Shown here: positions 52,547 through 64,000 of the stretch, piece after piece
Layout: each line of letters starts with the position of its first letter
Position numbering within the stretch: position 1 is the stretch's first letter
Source: Scenedesmus sp. PABB004
Lineage: Eukaryota
Length of the DNA stretch: 64,000 bases
Direction of reading: 5' to 3'
Assembly: GCA_014905635.1 (NCBI GenBank)
Contig: JABVCE010000008.1
Location: 744,001-808,000, forward strand
Notes under the pieces: model-generated
Database searches by the model: none
Told to the model about the DNA's origin: nothing
The model's input: the letters and a program-made list of their open reading frames with translations, nothing else
Translations under genes and position numbers: made by a program

Positions 52547-54792
52547 TGGCCGCGCCGCCCGCCCACCACGCGTCCGCGTCCGCCGCGGCCGCCGTGGGCG
52601 GGGCGGGCGGGCGCGTGCCGTTGTGGGCCATGCCCTGGTAGTCGCCCGCGACCTCGGCGTCGATGTCCAGGTCGCCGTACTGCATCACGTGGCTGCCCTG
52701 GTCGTAGGTAAAGTTCTGGCTCGTGCGCGCCTTGATGCGGGCGTACTGCGCCGCGAGCGTCTCGGACGTGAGGTCGCTCGCCTCCGCGTCCTCCATCCAC
52801 GCGACGCTGTAGAGGTCGCCGAGGCAGGTGAAGAAGGCCGGGCCCGGCGGCGCCGGCGGCGGCGGCGCCGGCGGCGGCGGCGCCGGCGGGCCGCCGCCGC
52901 CGCGGGGGCGCGCGCGCGCGCGAGCGCGCGCGCCGCCGCGGCCGCCGCGAGGCGCAGGCGGCGCGCGAGCGCGCCCAGCCAGCCGCGCGGCGCCGCGGGC
53001 GCCACCGCCGCGGCGGCGCCGCCGGGCCCGGCGTGGTCGGGGTCGGCGCCGGCCTGGTCGGCGGCGGGCAGCGCGCCAAAGTCGGGGCAGTATGTCGCCC
53101 AGCTCGACTCGACGGCGTTGGCCGCGGTCGTGACGTACGCGGCGAGGTTGTCGTCCAGCAGGCCCTCAAACATCGACCCGCTCTCACACGCCTCGATGTA
53201 CCTGCGCGCCACGCGCGCGCACGCACGTGCGCCCTCAGCGGGAGCGCCGAGCGGCGCCCGCCGCCTGCGCGCGCCCCGCGCCGCGCCACCGCCGCCGCCG
53301 CCGCCGCGCCGCGCCGCCGCCGCCGCACATGACGAGCTCCTTGAAGCCGCCCGCGTGGAGCTTTCGCCGCACCGCGCCGAGCAGCTGGTCGGCGTAGAGG
53401 AACGGCCCGGACGGCATGCCCACGACGCCCGCGGCGCCGTGGTCGCTGTAAAACACAAACACGCGGTCGGCGGGGCCGCTCGCGAGCACGCGGCCGCTGC
53501 CCTTGTTGGCCACGCCCGCCGCGTCGCCGACCAGGACTGAGACGAAGGTCTCGGCCGTCACGTCGGCGCCGCGGTAGTCGATGGCCACGCCGCCATACAC
53601 GTCAGGCCCGCCTGGGGGCAGGCGGCGATGCGAGGAGCGGGCGGGGAGGGGCGGGGGAGCGCGTCGCGAGCGTGCGAGGGGGCGTCGACGCGTGCGCGCG
53701 CGGGCAAGGGACACAGTGAGGGCGGGAGGTAGCGCGCACGGCGGCGGCGGCAGCAGGGCGCACCCGGGGCGTTGAAGACCTTGCCGGGCGCGGGGTTCTC
53801 CGGGTGCGCCGCAATGTCGTCGGCGGCCATGACCACGATGTGCTCGCGCTTGTACCCGCCCGACACCAGCACCTCCGGGACGCGCAGCGGCGCGGGCGCG
53901 CGCGCCACGTGCGGCGGCGGCGGCGGAGGAGAGTGGGCGCGGCGCGCGTGCCGCCCCCGCGCGGCGGGCGCCAGCGGGCGCGAGGGGCCTCCTCGAGGCG
54001 CGCGGGGCAGGCCAAGCCCCTCCCCCTCACCTGGTACGCGTGGTACACGTCCGCCTGGTGGCGGTAGTTGCCCCAGCCGCTGCTGCCCGCGACCAGCAGC
54101 GCCCAGTGCGCGCGCACGCCGGGGTCGTCGCCGTCCCGGAAGTCGGCCGCCAGCGCCGGCTCCGGCGCCGCGGAGGGCTTGGTGTCGCACTTGAACACCG
54201 CCGCGGGCAGGCGCTTGGCCTGGTCCTGCGCGCGTCGCGCGCGACGGGGAGGGAGGGGGCGCGCCGGCGGGCGGGCACAGCGCGTGACGCTCGCCCCGGG
54301 AGCGCGCGCCCAGATGAGCGGCGGCGCCGGGCCGGCTGTCCCGCGTGCTTCGCGCGCGCCGCGCGCCGCACCAGGGTGTAGCACGAAGACGGCACCGCCG
54401 CGCTCTGGCACCAGGTGCACGCGGCGCTCGCGTCGCAGGCGGCCTGCGCGAGGCCCTCGCACGCGTCGCCGGACAGCGCGGCGCCCCCGGCGCGCCGCGG
54501 CGGCGCCAGGAGCAGCTGCGCCTCCGGCTCCAGGCGAGCGGCTAGGGCTGCGCGGCGCGGGGGCGGGTCGGCGGCGGCGGCGTGTGGGCCGGCGGGCCGC
54601 GGCGGGGTGCGCCGCGCGGCAGCGGCGCCGCTGCCGCGCGCGCGCCGCCGCCCGCCCGCCGCGCCCATGCGCCGCTCGGGAGCGCCGCGAGCGCGGCGGG
54701 GCGGGGTGGGCGGGCCGCCGCGGCGCGCCCGCGGGCCCACCTGGCGCCGCGAGGCCGGCCAGCAGCACCGCGAGCAGCCGGGCTCGCCGCAT
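51900..54792 (-). CDS. Legumain / vacuolar processing enzyme (peptidase C13), with an apparent frameshift near 52910
   Basis: Signal peptide; [34 protein letters not shown] (catalytic His); [11 protein letters not shown] (catalytic Cys); [61 protein letters not shown]. Confidence 0.92.
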
Positions 54793-55335
54793 GGCTGCCG
54801 CGGTCGCGTGATCGAGCGCCGACACCGAGCGGACGCCGCCGACCGGGAGTGCCGCGAGCCGGGGCGGCCGCTGGAGCTGCTGGGGCGCGAGCAGGGTGCA
54901 GCAGCACGCAGGGCCCAGGCTCTGCTCTGCCAGTGGTGCGCGTGAGCAACGGTGCGGTGCTGGGTGCGCTGCGTCCGCCCCCCTCACAGCGCAAGCAGGG
55001 CCGGCGCGCCAGCAGCAGCAGCAGGCTCTTCGCCTCCATCAGGCGACGCCCCAGGAGAGACCGCCCCCATCTTCCACCTCACCGGGCCGGACCGCGCGCC
55101 AGAGCCCCACCGCCAGCGCCCCACCTCCGGCGCCCGGCGCTCGCAGCGGCCGGCGATCGCGGCCGCGCGGCGGCAGCAGCAGCAGACGCCGGCGGCCCGG
55201 CCGCCGCCGCATGGCCCGCCCGCGCGGCTGCCCCGCTCCCCGGGGCAGCGCCTGAACGGGCGGCCTGCCAGCGACTGACGGCGGCGGCGGCGCCGCACGG
55301 GCAGCAGGCAGCGGCCGGCGGCGGGCGCCATCACC

Positions 55336-58300
55336 ATGGCGGCGGCCGGCGGGGACGCGGCGCCCGGGCTCGGCCTGGGCTCGCTGGACGACCTCATGCC
55401 CAGCGACGAGGACCTGCTGTACGAGGAGGAGCTGCTGCGCAACCCGTACTCGCTCAAAATGTGGTGGCGCTACCTCGCGGCGCGCGCCGACGCGCCGCCG
55501 CGGCGGCGGCACCTGCTCTTTGAGCGCGCGCTGCGCGCCCTCCCGGGCAGCTACAAGGTGCGTGAGCGCGCGCGCCGCGCGGGGAGGCAGCGGGGGCGCC
55601 TCTGGCGGCAGCGTCAGCAGCGGGCAGGGGCGGCGGCAGGGGCTGCGCGCGGCGGCGGAGCTGCAGCAGCAGCACGCGCTCACGCCCCGACGCCCACACC
55701 GCCGCCGCCGCCGCCGCCGCCGCGCGGCCGCGCCGCCGCCGCCGCGCGCGCGCGCGCAGCTGTGGCACGCGTACCTGAGCGAGCGGCGGCTCGCGGCGCG
55801 CGGCCTCGCGCCGCGCGACCCCCGCTCGCGGCGCTCGCGCACACGTACGAGCGCGCGCTGGTGACCATGCACAAGATGCCCCGCATATGGCTCGAGGTGG
55901 GCCTGGGCGTGTGATGGTGGCGGCGATCAGGCGGCGGGCGGGCGCGGGGGTGGGCTGGTGGGCAGCGGCGGGTGGGCGTGGGCGGGCGGCGGCGCAGAGG
56001 AGCGCACCGCGGGCGCGGGGGCGCGGGCGCCGCCGCTGGGCCCCGTCGCCGGCACGCGCCCCGCCGCGCACGCACGCTGGCGCCGCCGCCGCCGCCCGCC
56101 GCCGGCCGCCAGTATCTGGAGCTGGTGGTCGAGATGCGCCAGATCACGCACACGCGGCGCACGTTTGACCGCGCGCTCGCGGCGCTGCCCATCACGCAGC
56201 ACGACCGCGTGTGGGTGCTCTACCTGGTGCGCCCCGCGCGCCGCCGCAGGGGCCAGGGCCGGGCGCCAGGGACGCGGCGGCGGCGGCGGCGGCAGCGGGG
56301 CGCCGGCGGCGCCGCTCGCGCCCGGCGCGCACGGCACGCGCCGGTCGCCTCACGCGCCCGCCCGCCCCGCCGCGCGGCGCGCTGCGCTGCGCTGCGCAGC
56401 GCTTCCTGGGGCAGCCGGGCATCCCGGTGGAGACGGCGGTGCGCGTGTACCGGCGCTACCTGCAGCTGGAGCCCAGCCACGCGGAGGAGTTTGTGGCGTA
56501 CCTCAAGCAGAAGGTACGGCGCCGGGGGCGCGGGGGGCACGGGGGGCACAGGGTGATGCTGGATGCTGGACAAGGGCGCGGGGGGCGGGCCGGCGGCGGG
56601 CGGCGCGCGGCGGCGGCGCGGGGCCAGACCCCGCGCCCCGGTCCGCCGCCCCCGCCGCGCAGGAGCGCTGGGGCGAGGCGGCGAAGCGGCTCGCGGGCTG
56701 CTGGACGACGACACGTTCCGCAGCATCGAGGGCAAGAGCAAGCACGCGCTCTGGCTGGAGCTCTGCGAGCTCATCACCAAGCACCCAGCCCAGGTGCGCG
56801 GGCGGCGCCCGCCGGGCGTCCGACACGCGGCCGCCCGCGCCCGCCCGCGCGCGTCCGCGCCGTCGCGCGCGCCGCGCCCGCCCGCGCGCGCGTCCGCGCC
56901 GCCGCCGCGCGCTCGCGCCGCCGCCGCCGCGCTCATGCCGCCGCCGCCGCACGCGCGGGGCGGGGTTCAGGTGGCCAAGGAGGGCATTGACGTCGACGCC
57001 ATCCTGCGGGGCGGCATACGCAAGTACAAGGACGAGGTGCGCACATGCGGCGGAGGGGGGGGGTCCAAGGGGGCGCGCAGGGGTGCTTGTTTCGTGGGCG
57101 TGCGGCCGCGCGCGCTCTCGCGGAAACCTGCGCCCGCGAGAGGGTTTGGGGGCGCGCCCCGACCGCGCGCGCGCGCGCGCGCCCGCCGCCGCGCGCGCCC
57201 GCCGCAGGTCGGGCGGCTGTGGGCGGCGCTCGCAGACTTTCACATCCGGCGCGGCGCGTTTGAGGTCGCGCGGGACGTGTACGAGGAGGGCATGGCCGCC
57301 GTCGCGACGGTGCGGGCGGGGCCGCCGCGCCCGCGCGCGCCGCGTGCGCCTGCCGCGCCGCCGGCCGCGCGCCGCTGCTTGCGCTGCCACCGCTCTCGCC
57401 TGCCGCGCGGCGCCGCGTGTGACGCCCGTGCCGCGGCGCCGCGCCTGACGCCCCTGTCGCGCGGCGCTTGGCGCCTCTGTGGCTATCCACAGGTGCGTGA
57501 CTTTGGGCTGCTCTATGATGCGCTGAGCCACTTTGAGGAGAGCCTGCTCGCCGCCAAGCTCGCCGCGGGCGGCGACGACGACGAGCCGCCGGAGGTGCGC
57601 GCGCCGGCGCCGCGCGGCGCCGCCCGCCGCGCGGTGGGGGCGCCGCCGCGCGGGGCGCGCCGCCGCCCGCCCGCCCGCGCTCTGGCGCCCGCGCCCCGAC
57701 GCAAGCGCGCGCCCGCGCCGCGCCGCGCCCAGGCGATGGACACGGACGGCGTGAACAACGGCGCCGACTTCCTGCTGACGGACGGCGGCGACGACACCGA
57801 CCTGCGGCTCGCGCGGCTCGAGGCGCTCGCGGCGCGCCGCCCCGCGCTGCTGAGCGCCGTCATGCTGCGCCAGAACCCCCACAACGTCGCGGAGTGGCAC
57901 AAGCGCGTCAAGCTCTTCGCCGGCGACCCCACCAAGCAGGCGCGCGCGCGCGCCCGCGCCGCTCCGCGCCCGGCCGCCGCCGCCGCCGCCGCGGCGCTGC
58001 ACCCGCCGCGCGCCCCTCGACTCCCCCACCCCACCCACGCCGCTCGCTCACGCCACGCCACGCCACGCCGCCACCGCCTCGCCACCTCCCCCGCCACACA
58101 CAGATCCTGACCTTCACCGAGGCTGTCAAGACGGTCGACCACGGCAAGGCGCTGGGCAAGCCCAACAGCCTGTGGGTGGCCTTTGCAAAGTTCTACGAGG
58201 CCCACGGCGACGTGCCCAACGCGCGCGTCATCTTTGGCAAGGCCACGCAGGTGCGGGGCGGGGCGGGCCTTGAGCGGCGTGTGCGTGTGTGCGTGTGCGT

Positions 58301-61300
58301 GTGTGTGCGTGTGTGTGTGTGTGTGGGGGGGGGGGGGGGTGCGGCGGGGCGCGGCGCCCGCGCGCCGCCGCCCCCGCGCGCGCGCGCCGCCCCGCCCCGC
58401 GCTCCTCGTGCGCCCGCCCCGCACCGCCCGCCCTCCCCGTCCCAACCACACGCCCCCCCCCCCCCACACACACACACACGCCCCCCCCCCCCCCGTCCCA
58501 ACCACACGCCGCCCCACACCCCACACCCACACACACGCCCACACACGCGCCCACACACGCCCCCCCCCCGTCCCAACCACACGCCCCCCCCCGGCCCCCC
58601 TCCCCCGCAGGTCCCGTTCAGGTACGTGGACGACCTCGCGACCGTGTGGTGCGAGTGGGCCGAGATGGAGCTGCGCCACGCCAACTACGCGACCGCGCTC
58701 GATGTCATGCGCCGCGCGACCGCCGTGCCGGCGCGGCCGCGCAAGCTCTCGCCCGACGAGGAGCGCCAGCTGCCCGTGCAGGACCGGCTGTACAGGTGCG
58801 CGTGCGCGTGTGTGTTTGTGTGTGTGTGGGGGGGGGGGGGGGGGGCGTGGGCGCGTGTGGGCTGCGGGTGGAGGCGAAGGGAGGGGCGAGCCCCGCGGGC
58901 GCGCGCGAGGGCGAGGGCGTTGACCGCCGCGTGGCGCGGCCGCCGCGTGGCGTGGCCGCCCGCGCGCCGCAGGTCGTCCAAGCTCTGGGCCTTCTACGCC
59001 GACCTGGAGGAGAGCCTGGGCACGCTGGAGAGCGCGTGCGCGGTGCGCGCGCCGCGCCGCCCGCGCGCGCGCCTCGCTCGCCCCGCGCCCTCCACGCACG
59101 CACTCGCCGCTCGACTCACCCCCCCCCCCTCAAAACACACACCCACACACCCACACACTCACACACCCATCCACACCACCCACCGCCGCCACAACCTGAA
59201 ACCCGAACCCTGGGGCCACACACACACACGCAGGTGTATGACGCGATGCTGGGCCTCAAGGTCGCGACGCCGCAGATCATCCTCAACTACGCCCACATGC
59301 TCCAGGTGCGGGGCGGGGCGCGTGTGTGGGGGGCCGCAGGGCGGCTGCGCGGGGGCGCGGCTGCGCAGGGGCCGGGGTGTGGGCGCGCGGCGCCGCCGCG
59401 CCGCGCGCCGCGCGCGCGCGCGCGCCGTTTGCCGCCGCCGGCACACACGCCCACACCCCCCCCCCACACACACACACGCGCGCACGCACACGCACGCACG
59501 CCCGCCCCGCGCGCGCAGGAGGCCAAGCACTGGGAGGCCTCGTTCCAGGTGTATGAGCGCGGCACGGCCCTCTTCCGCTACCCCCACGTCGCCGACATCT
59601 GGGCGGCCTACCTCAAGACCTTTGTCGAGCGGTGCGGCGCGGCGGCGCCCTCACGCACACGCGCCGCGCACACGCGCGCGCACACGCGCGCGCACACGCG
59701 CGCGCACGCACAGCCGGCCGCGGCGGCGGGCGCGGGGCGCGGGGCGCGGGAGGCGGGGAGGCGGGGAGGCCGGGCCGGGCGGCGCGCCGCCGCCAGCCGG
59801 CCGGGGCCGCGGCCGCGCTGCGGGGCGCGCGCGCGCGCCACGTGACGGCGCGCACCGCGCCGCCGCCGCCGCCGCCGCTGCGTCAGGTATGGCGGCACCA
59901 AGCTCGAGCGCGCGCGCGACATGTTTGAGACCGCGATCAAAGGTGCGTGCCGCGCCCCGCCCCCGCCCCGCCCCCGCGCACCTGCCGCCCGGTGGCCGCC
60001 GCCCCGCGCCCGCCGCCCGGCGCAGGCGCGCGCCGCAGGCGCAGGCCCTGACCGCGCGCCTCCGCCGCCGCCGCCGCCGCGCGCCGTGCGCGCCCATGCG
60101 CGCCCGCCGCGCAGACGTGCCGCCGGAGCAGGCCAAGGCGCTGTACCTCGAGTACGCGGCGCTGGAGGAGCAGCACGGCCTCGCGCGCCACGCGATGCAG
60201 GCGCGCGCGGGGACCCCGCCGCGGCGGCGTCGGCCCCCTCCCCGCCGCTCGCCCTTCCCACCCACCACACCCGCCCACACCCACCCACCCCGCTCACCCA
60301 CACGCGCCCGCTCACACGCCTACCGCCGCCGCGGCATGCGTCCCCACCACGTGCCGCCCAGGTGTACGAGCGCGCCATCCCCGCGGTGCCCAAGGAGCAG
60401 CGCCTGTCGGTGGTGGAGCTGTACGTCTCGCGCGCGACAGACTTCTTCGGCATCGCCAAGGCGCGCGCGCGCCCGGGGCGGCAGACAGGGGGTGCAGGGG
60501 AGGGCGGCAAGGGCGCAGGGAGGGCGGTCGCGCGCGCCGCGGCTCACACACCCTCCACGCCCACTCCCACACCCTCCACGCCCACACACACCCTCCACAC
60601 ACCCTCCTCACACCCTCCTCACACCCTCCTCACACCCTTCACACGCCCCAGGTGCGTGAGATCTACGAGGCCGCGATCGAGGGCGAGCCGCCCGGCGAGC
60701 TGCCGCCCGCCGACGTGCGGGCGCTGTGCGTGCGCTACGCGGCGCTGGAGCGCAAGCTCGGGGAGGTCGACCGCGCGCGCGCCATCTTTGTGCACGGCGC
60801 CCACCTCGCCGACCCGCGGCACGCAAAGTGCGCAAGCGCGCGCGGCGCACGCGCCGCCGGCTGGGCGGGGCGCGCGGCGCCTGGCGGGCAGGCCGCGCCG
60901 CCGCGTTCCCGCCCTGCAAACCACCGCGCCGCGCCCGCCGCCCCGCCGCCGCCGCCCGTGCGCGTGCTGTGCGTGCTGGCGTCGTGCGCGCTGCGCGGCA
61001 GGCCGTACTGGGAGGCGTGGAACGAGTTTGAGGTGCGCCACGGCAACGAGGACACGTTCAGGGAGATGCTGCGCATCAAGCGGTGAGCCCGGGGGGGGGG
61101 GGGGGAGGGGCAGGGCGGTGGCGCAGGGCGGCGGAGGCGCGGGGCGGCGGCCGCGCGGGGCGCGGGCGGGCAGGGGCGGGCAGGGGCGGGCAGGGGCGGG
61201 CGGCGCAGGGCCGGCGGCGGCGGCGGCGCGCGTGCTGCCGGCCGTCCCGAGCTCCTCGCGCCCCCGCCGCGCCCCCGCGCGCGCGCGCAGGTCGGTGGCG

Positions 61301-61918
61301 GCGAGCTATGCGCAGAGCCACATCCACACCGCGGCGACGATCGCCGACGCGGCCGGCACGGGCGACGCCGGCGCCGCGGCCGCGGCGGCGCCGCCGGCCG
61401 CCGGCGGCGACAGCATGGCCGCGCTCGAGGCGGCCGCGCTCGAGGCGGCCGCTCTCGCGGCGGAGGGCACCGGCACGCGCGTGCGCGGCTTCGTCTCGGC
61501 CGGCGTCATCCAGCAGGGCCAGGACGGCGCGGCGCCCGCGGCGGACGGCGACGGCGCGGCGCCCGCGGCGGCAGGTGCGCTGCGCTGCGTGGTCCAGGCC
61601 GCCGCGCGCGTCCGCTCACGCTGCTGCATGTGCGCGCGCGCGCCCGCTCACACTCCGCCCCCCCCCCCTTGTCCGCCCGCAGCCAACCCCGAGGAGATTG
61701 ACCTGGGCGGCGACGACGACGACGACGACGGCGACGAGCCCGCGGGCGAGGGCGAGCCCCCGGAGGCGCAGGTGGTCGAGAAGGCGGTGCCTGCCGCAGT
61801 CTTTGGCTCGCTCGCGGGCGCCGCCGCTGCGGCCGGCGGCGGCGCGGCCGGGGGCGAGGCGGCGGGCAGCGAGGCGCTGGGCGCGCTGGAGCGGTTCAAG
61901 AAGCGCCGCGTGGAGTGA
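55336..61918 (+). CDS. SYF1: Pre-mRNA splicing factor SYF1/XAB2 (HAT/TPR repeats), about 18 exons, two apparent 1-nt deletions
   Basis: DLLYEEELLRNPYSLKMWWRYL, ALPGSYK|LW, MHKMPRIW, FDRALAALPITQHDRVW, LRQNPHNVAEWHKRV, WCEWAEMELRH, YGGTKLERARDMFE, FEVRHGNEDTFREMLRIKR|SV, NPEEIDL, GALERFKKRRVE*. Confidence 0.95.
58436..58595. repeat. Three dispersed copies of CCCGTCCCAACCACACGCC within a C/CA-rich SYF1 intron
   Basis: Copies near 58436, 58492 and 58567. Confidence 0.8.
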
Positions 61919-62113
61919 AGCGGGCGCGGGCCGGCGGGGCGGGGCCGCGGGCGGGGGGCACTGGGTGTCGGGCGGCGGCGCGGTTAACCGCGCGCCGACG
62001 ACGACTTCGCGAGGCTCTCTCCCGCGTCCGGCTGGCCAGGCCCGCGCAGCGCCGCCGCGGCGGTTAGTGCGCGACAGCCCGCCGCAGCGGCGTGGCGTCC
62101 TCTGCCGTCGCAC

Positions 62114-62546
62114 ATGCGCGAGGGGGTCCCGCGCGAGGCGCCCAAGCTCGCGCAGCTCTGCCTCGAAACGATCGCGGCGCACGCGGAGCGCCTGGTGTCG
62201 CTGGCGGGCGGGCCCGAGGAGCTCATGCTGCAGCTGCTGCAGGTGCGCGCGGGCGCGCCGCACCGGCGCGGGGGAGCAGCGGGCACGTTGCGCATGCGCC
62301 CCCGGGCGACCGCCGCCACCGTCGCGGCGCCCGACACCGCGGCCGCCCGCCGCGACGCGCGGCGCCGTGCACCGCCAGCTCGTGCTGGCGCAGGGCAAGC
62401 TGACGCCCCGGCTCGCGGCGCTGTTCGCGGACTCCCAACACGACGCCGTGCTGGGCGCGCTGGCGGCGCTCAACCTGCGGGAGACGCCGCCGCTCGTGCC
62501 CGACAGCGCGCGGCAGCACCGGCTGTTGCAGCAGCTCAGTGCGTGA
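62114..62546 (+). CDS. Small (about 98 aa) uncharacterised protein, 2 exons
   Basis: Exons 62114-62242 and 62379-62546 joined by a GT-AG intron: MREGVPREAPKLAQLCLETIAAHAERLVSLAGGPEELMLQLLQ|LVLAQGKLTPRLAALFADSQHDAVLGALAALNLRETPPLVP...SA*. Composition is globular with a PxLxxLC (BC-box-like) start, and it resembles a small green-lineage family (recollection). Confidence 0.7.
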
Positions 62547-64000
62547 CGAGCCGCCGCGAGAGGTGCAGGTACAGCGGCTGCGCGCTCAGCAGCGTCGGGC
62601 GGCGGCGGCGCGCAAAGTCGGCGGGCTTGCGGAACACCTCCAGCGCGGCGGTCCCGGGCACGGTCAGCTCGGGTCCCTCCATGTAGCAGTAGCACCGCAC
62701 GCTCTTCTGCGCGGCCCGGGGACGGCGACGGGGCGCGCAGCAGGCGGGAGGCGGCGGAGAGAGGGCGGCGGCGTCGGACGGCGCGAGCGCGCGCCGCGCA
62801 GCCTCGTTCGCAGTGCGGTCAGTGCGCAGCGCGGCGCCGCCCCCGGCCCGCGCGGCACCTTCTTCTTTGCGGGCTTGAAGTGCCGCAGCTCCAGGAACAC
62901 GGCCGCGCCAGGCGGCAGGGCGTTGACCGGGCGCTGCGCGTGCCAGGTGACGCCGAGGCAGAGCTTGTTGTCGGCGCCCGCGCCGCCCGGCGGCAGCAGC
63001 ACCGGCGACTCCTGCACCGCCTCGAGCAGCCCACCCGCCGCGTCGCGCACGGTGATGACGACGTGCGGATCAACCATCGCGGCAGCGCCCTTGACGTACC
63101 ACGCGCCTGCGCGCACGCCGCGGCGGCGCGGGGGCGGGCGGGCGAGGCGCGCCACAGCGCGGTCGACCAACGCACGCGCGCCGCGCGGCGGCGGCGAGTC
63201 CGGCCAGGCGCGGCGCTGCCAGGTGCAGCGCGTGCGCAGCTGCGGCGCGCACCGAGCTCAATGCTGAGCGTGACGTCGCCCGGCTGCAGCAGCTCCGCGG
63301 CCGGCGGCGGCCGCAGCGTGCCCCCGCCCGGCGCCGGCTGCGCGGGCGGCGCGCCGCCACCGCCGCCGGTCGCGCCCCCTTGGCGCCCGTGCACGACAGC
63401 GACAGCTGCGTCGTGACCTCGGCGATGCTGTCGGCCTCGTCGTTGGGGTTTGAGATGGTCAGGCGCAGCCGTCGACCGAGCCGCGAATGCTCGCGCGCGC
63501 GGCGTGCGCGCGCGCGCGCTGCTCGCGCTGACCGCCGCCGCCTCGACCGCCACGCGCGGCGGCACCGCCGCCACGACCGCCATGAGCTCCGGCGGCAGCG
63601 CCACTGCGCCCCGCGCGGGCGGCGCGGGTCAGGGTGGGCGGGGCCCTCGTGCAGCTGCCGCGGGCGCGCGCGGCGCGCCGCCGGCCGCACCATCCGACAC
63701 GATGAGCCCCGCCACAAACGGCCGCAGCGCGCGCATGCCCGCCAGGCCCAGCCGCCCACGCGCGCCCGAGCCGAGCTCCTGCGCGCGGCGCGGGCGGCGC
63801 GCGTGATGCGGCGCGCACGTGATGCGGCGGCCGCGCCGCGCGACCGCCGGGGCGGCGGGCGGCCGCCGCCGGCGGCGCCCGCCCGCGCGCGGCCGCGGCG
63901 CGCCGTGATGCGGAGCTTGAGCAGCGTCGCGAGCCGGCCAATCGCCTCGCGCCGCGCCGGCGGCAGGTCCAGCACGTTTTCGAGGTGCTCCTGCCGCCGC
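62536..64000 (-). CDS. AIDA: AIDA-like (axin interactor, dorsalization-associated) C2-domain protein; 5' end lies outside the window
   Basis: PGDVTLSIEL, VDPHVVITVRDAAG, QESP, LPPGAAVFLELRHFKPAKKK|KSVRCYCYME, ALEVFRKPADFARRR..LLSAQPLYLHL; matches the AIDA C2 C-terminus as recalled (FEFKHYKPKK...ELYKKPTDF...KPLYLHL). Confidence 0.82.

Noticed and set aside
55336..61918. SYF1 or legumain as pseudogenes
   Set aside because: No in-frame stops or motif decay; isolated indels in homopolymer or dinucleotide runs are better explained as assembly errors.

Overview
Very GC-rich (roughly 75-80% by eye), intron-dense eukaryotic nuclear DNA from a chlorophycean green alga. The ASA10 gene, FAP, an OPR protein and frequent GC-AG introns suggest Sphaeropleales/Selenastraceae (inference). 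Most long six-frame ORFs are GC artefacts; the real genes were rebuilt by hand-splicing exons. About 21 tightly packed genes occur in this order: TTL-family ligase (partial), low-complexity nuclear protein, PDZ-rubredoxin (ENH1-like), RETICULATA-related DUF3411, mitochondrial ATP synthase ASA10, fatty acid photodecarboxylase (FAP), PWI-like/RRM protein, two-FAS1 fasciclin, WRN-type RecQ helicase, eIF2-alpha, STAY-GREEN, Aurora-like kinase, an unrecognised secreted Cys-domain/Pro-Thr-repeat protein, an OPR protein, STL1/STN8 kinase, SLY1, hemolysin-III/PAQR, legumain/VPE, SYF1, a small conserved protein and an AIDA-like C2 protein (partial). Highlights are a FAP with natural substitutions at substrate-tunnel and active-site positions, a secreted protein with a duplicated unnamed Cys domain, abundant GC-AG introns, introns with complementary (GT)n-Gn and Cn-(CA)n ends, and two convergent genes whose coding sequences overlap. 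No rRNA, tRNA, CRISPR array or transposon was recognised. Family calls rest on remembered motifs, not database searches, and exon boundaries are manual.
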